Part shown: positions 39,701 to 51,700 of the stretch, in pieces | How positions within the stretch are numbered: position 1 is the first letter of the stretch | How the letters are laid out: every line of letters starts with the position of its first letter | Assembly: GCF_004010195.1 (NCBI RefSeq) | Contig: NC_057752.1 | Location: 4,960,879-5,024,878 of the forward strand | From: Chiloscyllium plagiosum | Taxonomy: Eukaryota | DNA length: 64,000 bases | Reading direction: 5' to 3' | The notes under the pieces: model-generated | What the model was told of the DNA's origin: nothing | Database searches by the model: none | What the model saw: the letters and a program-made list of their open reading frames with translations, nothing else | Program-made: the position numbers and the translations under genes

Positions 39701-42700
39701 TTTGTGATGTGCTGAGTTTATGAAATGCACCATAGAAGTGGATTTTTTTTTTCTTAACTTTCATTCTGGTACTACATTTAAATAATCAAATATTGATTTC
39801 AAAAATTTGTTAGGACTTGGTTTGTCATTTGTACGTCTAATGTCAGTGATAAATTGATATAAACAAAGGCATTTTGTGCTATGAGAAGAGGCTCACATTC
39901 CCATGCATGTTTTAAAATGTACTTTTACTTCAATAATTAGTTCTCCAATGTCAATGCTACATGAGAATATTAATACAAAAACTGACTTTATTTTTGATCA
40001 ATGATGACTCTGTCCCCTTTATCCCTTTCCCTGATCAGTCTTCATGGTTACATACAAGACTGTAAACACTGCCCTGTTACTGGTGTATTGGAACTTCAAG
40101 GTACCATCTAACTTAGTTTTGCAGTGGCTGAATTGCCTCTAATTCATTGTGCTGCTGTCTAAGACTCAGTATTGGATGAGCAGAAGTTTCCTTCAATTAA
40201 ATGTTGTCTGTATTAAATAACCATTGTTTTTGATCCCTGCTACAAACTGTGTTCATTAATGCCCAGACTCCATCCCCTCCCTGGTAACAGATATTGAACC
40301 ATGTGTTTGGAATGCTGATATTCCATTTGACTGTAAGCTGATTTTCTGGCCCCCTTGCCTCTCCATCACCAAGAGCTACTTCATACTTCCATTTACAAAC
40401 TGGAGGGAAAGGCAATGCTGACTATGCTGCTACTGGGGTGGGATTGCAGTGTGTGCTCAAGGGGGACGCTGCTTCCTTACACCCTCCTTACAAAAGGGGT
40501 ATCGTTCCTGCTGAAAGGAAAAGGGCAGTGTGGTGGCTCAGTGGTTAGCACTGCTGCCTCACAGCACTAGGGTCCTGGGTTCAATTCCAGTCTCGGGTGA
40601 CTGTGTGGAGTCTGCACATTCTTCCCGTGTCTGTGTGGGTTTCCTCTGGGTGCTCCGGTTTCCTCCCACAGTCCAAAGATGTGCAGGCCAGGTGGATTGG
40701 CCGTGCTAAATTACCCGTAGTGTTCACGGATGTGTAGGTTAGGTGCATTAGTCAGGGGTAAATATAGTGTAGGGGAACGGGTCTGGGTGGGTTACTCACT
40801 GTAGGAATTCTGCGATTCTATCGTATTTCTGATATCACCAGCCTCTGTCCGTCCTCAGCACATCACTCCTGAAACTTTTATTTGTGCTTTTGTTATTTCC
40901 AGATTCAACAGCTGACTACCCTCCATACACTTGTACTCATCACCTGTTTGTACTCTAACTTGCACCAGGTCCTGCTCACCCATTAACCCAGTTGTTGCTG
41001 AGCCAGACTGGCTCCTTGTCACACAGCCCATCAGTTTTAAGGTTCTCTCTATTGTGTTCACGTTCCTCCAGCCCACACCCGTCTGAGATCTGTGCACTTC
41101 TCTAATTCTGGCCTTTTGAGCCTCCCTGGCCTGTATTGTTCTGCCATTGAGGAACTTGCTTTCAGCTGCCTGAGCCCAAGCTTTGGAATTCTCTCTGTAA
41201 ACCCCTCTGCCCCACTCTTCCCTTAAGAATGATCTTAAAATGTACGTTTTAAGTCAAGCTTTTGACCATCTGTCTCAGTGTTGTCTTGTAAGGTACAATG
41301 TTTGATAATGCTTTTGTGAAGAGCATTAGAGATTATTGGTTTTTGTTAAAGGGCTATGTAAATGCAAGTTGTTATTGAAGGGAGAGAGAATACATCAATC
41401 GTAATGCTTTACTTTTTGACTTGTAGCTTTTGGAGGATCTGGATGAACAACTCAATTGTACACGATTTGAGGAGGCTGCTGTGCTACATAAGCTAAATGG
41501 TATGCAGAAACACCTTTTTCCAGCAATAATGCTATAGTACATATGATACTGTGTCCAACCCCATCCTTAATAAGGCAGTAAACATAGCTGAATTTGATAC
41601 CTTTTCATTTTCTGTCAAGCATGTAAGCTTCCTAAACAATAGTTTGAATCACAATTCATATATTTTTGAGCTGTGCAGTTTCATGTTCCAATGATAGCTG
41701 ATCATTACAATAGAAAGTTTGATCTTTAGTTAAATAGAAACATTAATATGTTTGAAAGGAATTGAAATGCAACATTACTAATATATCTGTTTTGCTTTCT
41801 TACGGTGCCAGGCAAGATGTCATCTTGCTGGGTGTTTTTCAGTGTGGAATCCCTTAAGTATCATTTCCTGAATATCCATGCCAGGAGGATTAAGTTGGGT
41901 AAGGCACAGAAAATCTGGATTAACTTTATACTACTGCATCCTGTGACATGTCTAACAGCAAATTTGTTCGTACAGAAATAAGGAGAAGAGCATCGCCCTG
42001 GCAAAGGAACCTGGGATACCCATTGGTCATGTTGCTGCTTCTGGCATTAACAGTAAGTGTTAAAAATATTGATTGGGTTTTGATGAAGAAACTCCAGCCA
42101 CTTCACTGTCCACCTGTAATTAATGCGAAATTTAGCCTCTATTCCATGGCCACTTGAATAAAGCACCAATTAACTGGCTTAATATTCAAAGGGTGTCATT
42201 TATGTCCATGTTACAATGATACAAAATACAAACCTGCAAATTAGACTTGATTCTCATTGCAACCTTCTTCTGATAAAAGCACACCTTGTCCAAACATAGA
42301 AGGCCACGTACCCAATAACATTTTGTTCACTTATTGTGTAGAATTGTTGATCACACGGAACTTTTTAACTACAAAGTGTTTTGTAAACTTTTTAATGTTT
42401 TGCCAACTCAATGTAGCCAACCCACCTCAAATATCACCTGGAGATTGTAGCATGCTTTATAGTCTAGCCTTTCTTTTAGTGTAAGAGGTTTTCAAGTTTT
42501 TTTTTTTGTTTTGCGTTCAACTATTGAATGCAAATGTTTGCATATTGTTACGGACCAGACCAGACCAAACTCCCTCAAGATATATTAGGAAGGTAGCCGA
42601 GACCTTCACTTTTTCTTATCTTAAAGGTAAGTGTGAGGCATTGCGTTCCAGATGCAATTCAATTGGTCAAACTACTTGACTTTAAGCAAACCACTTTTTA

Positions 42701-45700
42701 TCTTTACACTGCAGTTAAAATACAGACAAAACAAAAATGAAAGAATTGGCTTAACTGTAACTCTCATTTCATTAAGCATTTCGATATATATATATACTAA
42801 CTACTACTAATTAACTGTTCTAATATAGTAACATCCCATAAGCACACAAAACAGATTGTCTCACATACAATTCTAGCAGCAGGAAGAGAACCCTGCCTTT
42901 AGCTGTAACAGAGAGAGGAATAAGAGCTTCCACATTCAGCTTCAAGACCCCAGCAACTGAAAAAAGCTAAAACTAAAAATCTAGGTTCTGTGGGAGCTTC
43001 AACACACCCATTCAGGCTACTTCTATTGTTCCAATTATTTTTTTTGAAAAAAATACCCAATGCCTTACAAGCTGTTTTCTCTATTGGATTTCAGCAGACT
43101 GCTTGACACTTCTAGGTAAAAACAATGACTGCAGATGCTGGAAACCAGATTCTGGATTAGTGGTGCTGGAAGAGAACAGCAGTTCAGGCAGCATGCGAGG
43201 AGCAGCAAAATCAACGTTTCGGGCAAAAGCGCTTCATCAGGAATAAAGGCAGAGAGCCTGAAGCGTGGAGAGATAAGCTAGAGGAGGGTCCTCTAGCTTA
43301 TCCTCCTCCAGCTTATCTCTCCACGCTTCAGGCTCTCTGCCTTTATTCCTGATGAAGGGCTCATGCTTGACACTTCTATTTCAACCTCTCTTCATTTGGG
43401 GAAAAAAAAGGACAAAATACACCTCCTTAAAGCCATAGTGTCATCGCAATATTGTCTATGGATCTGCTGTTTGTAAAATCAGTGTTTTTCTGTAAAACAA
43501 AAACTAATAAGGGTTAAATGGTGTGTATTTTTCTTCTTGCAAAATCTTTAGAAGCGTTTTTTTGTTGTGAACGAAATCAATTAAAAACCATTTTTTTTTC
43601 AACTGAAGGAATTGCTAAGAGGAATTGCTAAGTTGTTCATTTTCGAACAACTTGACATTCCAGCCATCCACATGTTATAATGTTAAAAGAAAAATTTAGG
43701 GGAACACTCCGGTCTTGGAATCCCAATTCCAAATTGGCTGGGAGAGTGCAGGTTTCAATTTCAACCGAGGGTTCTGAAGACAATCTCATTAGACTGAAAA
43801 CATTAACTGATTCTCTCCACAGACCCTGCCAGATCTATTGAGTGTTTCTAGAATTTTCTGTTCTAACTTGATCAGATTTAGCTTTCAGAAGACCTATGAC
43901 CTTTGAAGAGAATAGGCTGGGCCTTTTGTTATTGTTACTTTTTCAATGAGCTTGAGCTTTCTCCATGGTGTCTATTTGCCCGTTCCAATTTTACCACGGG
44001 AATGCATGTCTTTCTAATCATTGCAGTTTGGGTTAATTGTACAGAATCTACTGTGGTACCTACAATAAGAGACAATCTAACCATCACTCCCTAACATTCA
44101 GTGCCATTACTATCACTGAATCTCACACTGTCAACATTCTGGGGGTTTCCATTGACTAGAAACTGAACTTGACCAGCTATGTAAATACTGTGGCGAGAAG
44201 AGCAAGTCAGAGGCTGAGAACCCTGCAGTGAATAGCTCATCTCCTGACTCCCTAAAGCCTGTCCACTACCTACAAGGTACAAGTCAGGAGTGTGATGGAA
44301 TACTCTCCACTTGCCTGGATGGGTGCAACACCAGCAACACTCAAGCTTAACACAATTCAGGACACAGCAGCCCATTTGATTGGCACCATATCTAGCACCT
44401 TTGACATTCATAATGGCAGCAGTGTGGACTACCTACAAGATGCACTGCAGAAACTCACCAAGAATGCTTTTGACAGCATCTTCCAAACATGTGGCTTGTA
44501 AAATCCAGAAGGTCAAAAGCTGCAAACTTGTGGCAGCACCACCACCTACAAATTCCCCTCCAAGTCTCTCTCATATTGCTGTTTCTTCAGTGTTGTTGGG
44601 TCAGATTCCCTCCCTAACAGCACTGAGTGTACCTACAGCCCAAGGACCACAGTGGTTCAAGAAGGCAGTTCACCATCACCTTCCCTTGGCAATTAGGCCT
44701 GGGCAGTAAATGCTGGCCCAGTCTGGGATGCCCACATCCTGTGAAAGTATGTTTATAAATAAAAGAAAAATGTTTTAATCTCATTTCTGCGGGTCTATTG
44801 TGAAGTGGTTTGGAAGGGTTTTTTTTTACCATTTGTACATTTTGTAATTCAGTGCTGGTTTCAGAGTTCAGTCTGCAGTCCTTCCTGAGTACCCTGGAGC
44901 TGCACAGCTTTTAAAGAGAGGCTGCATTATGCTTTATGAGTGACTCATTTACATAACTCCACCAAAATGATGAATGGCATCATAGTTTTGAAATAAACTT
45001 TGTTTTATACAGGAGTTAATTGATTGTGGTTCAATTGGTTGAACCAGAAAATCCAACTTCACATGAAAGCCCTCATTGAGAAGATGAACTGTTTGCTGAC
45101 CTTTGGCACAAACATTTTTGCTCCTGTTTTAGCCCTGATGAAAATGTGAGCCAGGAATTGGTCATTACTCAATCCATAAATAAAACTTCCAGTATTTTGG
45201 AATTGGTGCCCCTGATCAAGCTTAAGTATTACTTAAATAAGGGTGTTTGTGCTCGTGAACTATGTAACACTTTAGCAGCTAGCAGCAGCATCGAGCCCTT
45301 CCACCAGAGGTGCATCATTGACCAAGCGCAGCATTCAGCATCCTTTGCTGTCCTTCCACGATGCTCTCCAACTTCTATTGTACTGTTCATGCTGGGTTAC
45401 ACTGGGGGCTCCAAATTCACTTTGTATTGTTCCATCAGTTTTAAGAGTTGCATAGACTGCACTGAAATGAATAAACTGCTCTTGAAACATAGTGATGTAG
45501 CTCAATCACAACTGTTCTGGGACTGACTGTGATGTCTGTCTAAATGGGAAATGCTGGATTACACATTCTTCCCAGTTGATAAATTTTTTTATCTACTGTA
45601 ATTTCAGGGTATCTCCGTGCTCCTGGTGGGATTCCACGTTCTTGAATTACTAATTGATGAAACCGCCATGCCTAAAGGAATGCAGGTAAGGAATCTAAAA

Positions 45701-48700
45701 TAAAGCACAGCCTGTTGGATGTATGTGTGCGTGTATGTGTCATCCACAGACCTGTGATGTTTCATCTATCACCACCTCCTCCTGCCTCTCTTCACCCTGA
45801 CCTCCATCCCAAATACATACTTGAGTTTTAAAAGCTGCACATCATCGACTCTGAAACGTCAGCATGGTTTTTGTGAGGTGAGGATATTAAAGGTTACTCA
45901 GCCGTAGTCCAATTCGAATAGTGGAGCAGGCTTAATAGGCTGAATGACCTTCTCCTGTTTCTTGTGAAGTGTAGTAGCTGAAACATTCCAGATTTGCTCC
46001 TGTCTGCCTATTACCCTGTGACTAGCTGGAATTACCATAGTCTGGTGTCTTTATCATTTCTAAAATTCAGCAAGGGAGGTCCTCAACATTGAATATATGT
46101 GATTGATGTCTAAATGCCAGGACAGTCACACGTTGTGTGTTCTGTAACTAGACCAACTAGCTGTAACCTTGTTATAGTGGAGTGAAATTGAACTTGTTAA
46201 ATGCTAATCTTGATGATAGAAGCCATTTCATTGTGTGAACTTCTATATGACAAGATGTTTAGTTTGAATGTAGAAAAGCATGCACATGTATGTCGGCTGA
46301 TGCATCTCCATACAGTCATAGAGATGTACAGCACAGAAACAGACCCTTCGATCCAACTCGTCCATGATGACCAGATATCCTAAACTAATCTAATCCCATT
46401 TTCCAGCACTTGGCCCATCTCCCTCTAAACCCTTCCTATTAATATATCCATCCAGATGCCTTTTAAATGCTGTAATTGTACAAGCCTCCACCGCTTTCTC
46501 TGGCAGCTCATTCCATACATGCACCACCCTCTGCGTGAGAAAGTTATCCCTCAGGTTCTTTTTAAATCCTTCTCCTCTCAACTTAAACGTATGTCCTCTA
46601 ATTCTGGACTCTCCCACCCCAGGGAAAAGACCATGTCTATTTCCCCTATTCGTGCCCCTCATGATTTTATAAACTTCTAATAGGTCATCCCATTTTTTAA
46701 AACAACTGCTTAATAACTTGCAAAAGTATTGTTTTTGACAGTAACTCAACTCTCTAAACCAGCACTTGATGCTAAATTATAAATGGCACATATACTCTCT
46801 TTTAGTAAAGACAAAATGCTAGAGAAACCCATGTTTCTCTGTCCAGATGTTGCCCAACAGAGTTAATGTTTCAAGTTGAATAGAGATGATTTTCTTTTTT
46901 GTTTCTATATATGCAAACAGAAGAACAACGTGTCAAAATAAGCAAACGTGAATTTTATATACCTTCTCCCAAAAGATATCATCCAGCCCTTTAAGCTGTT
47001 ACTTGTGCTGTTTTCCAATGTGGTCCTTAAATCTTTTTCCAAGTTATATCATGCACAAATCTTAATAACCTGGAGAGGGAGCTCCTATACCATGTACAGC
47101 ACATATCTGAAATAATGAAAAATGTTGGAACATGCACTGTATGTCTGCCAGAAAGGGGGGAAAAAGAAGGGTTAACTCTTCGCAACTCCTTTGCAACTCT
47201 GAACAATAATTGATTGTACAATATTGACCTTTTTCTTCTCCTTCCAAATATGGGCCAGCCTCTTGTATACGTCCAGTCTGATAGCTTTTTTCCCCCCCAC
47301 TTTTCTTTGTGCACAGTATCTATGTTTTTGAAGGAAAATGGCAGCTGTCTGTTTGCAGGTCACTCTTGCATTGTGGTGGGGAATTTCTGAATTTTGTATC
47401 CTCCCAACTCTTTGCTGAATTACAACCACTGCCCAATACTTTGTCTAAAAGGCCATTCTTGCGTGAACCTGGTCAGAGTGTTTGAAGGTATTTTCACGAT
47501 CCAGCTTAATGCCTCGACAGTACTGTAAAGTATTGTGCATTTAATTGTCACCCAGGATCCCAACTGGGCTACTCTCCTTCCCAACCTTCTCACTTCATCT
47601 CCTTTCTTCTTCAACCGCCAAACCCCAGCCCCATCCTGAAGACTATTGTAGTTAAACTCGTGTGTGACTCATGACATGTGATGGTTCCAGTGCTGTTAAG
47701 AACTTTTTCTATTCCAGGATCCTCCTTTGGGGAAAGACTCTCTGTCTATGTTTGGTTCACTTGGAGCAGCTGTGGAAGTTGTTCTCATTTTGTATCCTTT
47801 CAGCAATTTTCTCTTCTGTAAAGATGGATGCGGTCCCACTATGTTAGGTCACCTTCCCTTTGTTCACCAGAGTATCCTCCAGTTGCCTACTGCATGCTGT
47901 TGGGTTGCCACATGTAGTCGGCAGAGGCTAAGTGCCACAGTGAGCTTGAGGGAATGTTCCAATCTTCTACCTTAGTTTTTAATTGATTGTGGGATAGGAG
48001 TGTTGCTGATGAGGCAAAATATCCAGCTTCTGATCTGTTGTAGCTGCAGTATTTATGTGCCTGACCCAGTTCAGTTTGTGATTCATGGTAGCTCCCAGGA
48101 TGTTGAGGAGCCATTTGGATCCAGAACTGGCTCTAAGGTAGAAGACAGAGGGTGGTGGTGGAGGGTTGTTTGTCAGACTGGAGGCCTGTGACCAGTGGAG
48201 TGCCACAAGGATTGGTGCTGGGCCCTCTACCTTTTGTCATTTACATAAATGATTTGGATGTGAGCATAAGAGGTACAGTTAGTAAGTTTGCGGATGACAC
48301 CAAAATTGGAGGTGTAGTGGACAGCGAAGAGGGTTACCTCAGATTACAACAGGATCTGGACCAGATGGGCCAATGGGCTGAGAAGTGGCAGATGGAGTTT
48401 AATTCAGATAAATGCGAGGTGCTGCATTTTGGGAAAGCAAATCTTAGCAGGACTTATACACTTAATGGTAAGGTCCTAGGGAGTGTTGCTGACCAAAGAG
48501 TCCTTGGAGTGCAGGTTCATAGCTCCTTGAAAGTGGAGTCGCAGGTAGATAGGATAGTGAAGAAGGCGTTTGGTATGCTTTCCTTTTATTGGTCAGAGTA
48601 TTGAGTACGGGAGTTGGGAGGTCATGTTGCGGCTGTACAGGACATTGGTTAGGCCACTGTTGGAATATTGCAACATCCTATTGGAAGGATGTTGTGAAAG

Positions 48701-51700
48701 GGTTCAGAAAGGATTTACAAGGATGTTGCCAGGGTTGGAGGATTTGTGCTATAGGGAGAGGCTGAACAGGCTGGGGCTGTTTTCCCTGGAGTGTCGGAGG
48801 CTGAGGGGTGACCTTATAGAGGTTTACAAAATTATGAGGGGCATGGATAGGATAAATAGGCAAAGACTTTTCCCTGGGGTCGGGGAGTCCAGAACTAGAG
48901 GGCATAGGTTTATGGTGAGAGGGGAAAGATAAGGGGCAACGTTTTCACGCAGAGGGTGGTACGTGTATGGAATGAGCTGCCAGAGGTTGCGGTGGGGGCT
49001 GGTACAATTGCAACATTTGAGAGTCATTTGGATGGGTATATGAATAGGAAGGGTTTGGAGGGATATGGGCCAGGTGCTGGCAGGTGGGACTAGATTGGGT
49101 TGGGATATCTGGTCGGCGTGGACGGGTTGGACCGAAGGGTCTGTTTCCGTGCTGTACATCTCTATGACTCTGAGTGGTACCAATGCTGTTGAATATCAAG
49201 AAGTAATGGTTACTACACAGCACTGTCTGGTGTGAGTATACTTGTCACTTTTCAGCCCAAACCTGAAAGCTGTCCAGGTCTTGCTACATGCAGATACAGA
49301 CTGTTTCAGTAACTGAATCACAAATAAGTGTCCCCATCTCTTTTATAATGTAGGGCAAGTCATTAATTTAGGGTGGGCGGGTCCTTGGTTTAACTACTCA
49401 TCCATAAGGTGGCTTGCTAGTTTCTGATGCTCGAGAACTAGTTTTTAACTGGCATGTTGAATGTTTTATTGCACCTTAATGTCCGTGCAGTTACTTAATG
49501 GTGTCTTCAGTTGTTGGATTTTACAGTTCCCCGTTTTTCATCAAACTTGCCCCCAGGAAGCAGGACACTACCATGACTAAGGTTGGGAAACATATCTGTT
49601 AAAGTAATTTCTTCTGAGGATTATAATGGTCACTTATAGAGTGTCACATTGTTCTCTTTGTTTCCTGTGTATGCTATTACAACACTGGGAACTGTACAAT
49701 GATACATTGGGTAAGATCAGTGGCTATTTCCTCTTTGAAGTCTCCCATCATGTTCTCTCTGATTCCAGAATCAGACTACATATTATGATAAATGTTAACT
49801 CTCCAAAGAGCATCCACACCAGGGGCTGCACAGAGTTATAAACTGGCTACTAATTCTTATTTGCAAGCTATGCCAGAGACAGTGCTGCCCACAATACAAA
49901 AGCCAAGTTAGCCAATGACTAAGCTGTGTTGTCCATTTGCACAGCAGCTATGGACAGCTCTGTTCAGCTTGTTCTAATAGATTAAATTATTAATATTAGA
50001 ATACAGCCAGCAAGTACTCGGTCAAATATTATGTAATTACGAACACTGTGAAAGAGGGCAGGAAAAGCTGATGGGTCCTGCCTCTGAGTATTGTGAGTTA
50101 CAGGCCAAACCCTGCCAGCAGTGTGATTGTCCCAGAAAAGACAAGTTTTAAAAATGAAGACAAGAATGGTAAACCTAGGTGGAAAGAAAAAGATTCAGCA
50201 GCAGCCCTCTCTAAACTCTGAAGGTAATCAAACCATGAATGATAAGACCCCCCCCCCTCACCCTTGACCCTGCAACTTTCTGGATATAGAGATGTTAGAC
50301 ATTTAAAGGAACTTGTCTAAATCTCTTTTGAATGCTTGTAGTGAGTCTGCACTCACTCGATGTGCTGACAATTTATTCCAGAGTATAAGATTCTGCAGAA
50401 AAAGCTTCACCTTGTAGCACCTCACCAGGTTTTATGCTTTTGTAACCAATGCTTATGTTATTGGTCTTTCCTATTGAGCTTAAGTAGCCTATCCATGTGG
50501 CCTGAATCCACTCCTTCAGATACTTTAAGAATGACGATTGTATCTCCTTGGAAACTGTCTGATCCAAAACTCTTAAAAATACTCCAGGTCTCAGTCTGTC
50601 CTGGTAACTTGTAGGGTCTTAAATAGCTAGTGAGATAGTTATTGCATTGCTTTTAATTGTTAAAACTCACTGGACTCAGGCAAAGTTCCATTTGATTGGA
50701 AAATAGCTAATGTAACTCCTTTATTCAAAAAGGGAGGGAGACACAGCGTGAGAAGCCCCAGACAGTTAGCTTAACATCTGTCAAGGGGAAAATGTTAAAA
50801 GCTATTATTAAAGACATTTATAACATGGTACTTGGATAAGTTCAAGGTAATCGGGCAGAGGCAACATGGCTGTGTTAAAGGAAAATCTTGTTTAATTTAT
50901 TGGTATTCTTTTGAAGAAGTAACTTGCACTACAGATAAAGCGGAACAAATAGATGCATTGTACTTTGATTTCCAGAAGGCATTTGATAAGGTGCCCACAT
51001 CAAAGGTTGCTGGGGGTAATTTACTGGCTTGGACAGAAGATTGGCTGGCTAACAAGAAGTAGAGAGTAAGAATAAAAGGGACATTGTCAAGCTGGCTGGA
51101 TGTCACAAGCGATCTGCAATGGGATCGGTGCTGGTACCTCAACTCTTTACAATTTATATAAATTATTTAGATGAAGGATTGAAGGTATTGTAGCTGAATT
51201 TCCTGATGACACAAAGGTAGGTAGGAAAGTGAGCGGTGCAGAGAACACTGGGCTAAAAAGAGTTAGGCTAAGTGAGTGAGCAAAGATCTGGCAAATGGAG
51301 AACAATGCGAAAATGTATAATGTCTCTTTTGGCAGAAAGAATAGAAAAGCATATTATCTAAATGGTGAGAGGTTACAGAGCTTTGACATGCAGATGTTTC
51401 TGGGTGTCCTCGTGCATGAATAGCAGGTACACCAAGGAATCGGGAAAACTGATCATGTTATCTTTTATTGTGAGGGGAGTTGAATGCAGGAGTTGGGGTG
51501 TTATGCTTTACTTATGCAGGGCGATTGTGGCACTGTATCTGTAGCACTGGGTACAGTGCTGGTCCATCATATGTATGGAAGGATGTTAATCCATTGGAAG
51601 CAACTAGAGAAGGTTTACTAGACTAATATTTAGAATAGCAGACTGCCTTGTGGGGAAAGGTTAGGCCTGTATCATCTGGAGTCAGAGTTGACTTCTATGT

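Noticed and set aside
40523..40600. tRNA genes at SINE heads (also ~5540-5615, ~36610-36679, ~53366-53450)
   Set aside because: A/B boxes are present but run directly into SINE bodies and LINE-like tails, with no complete cloverleaf.
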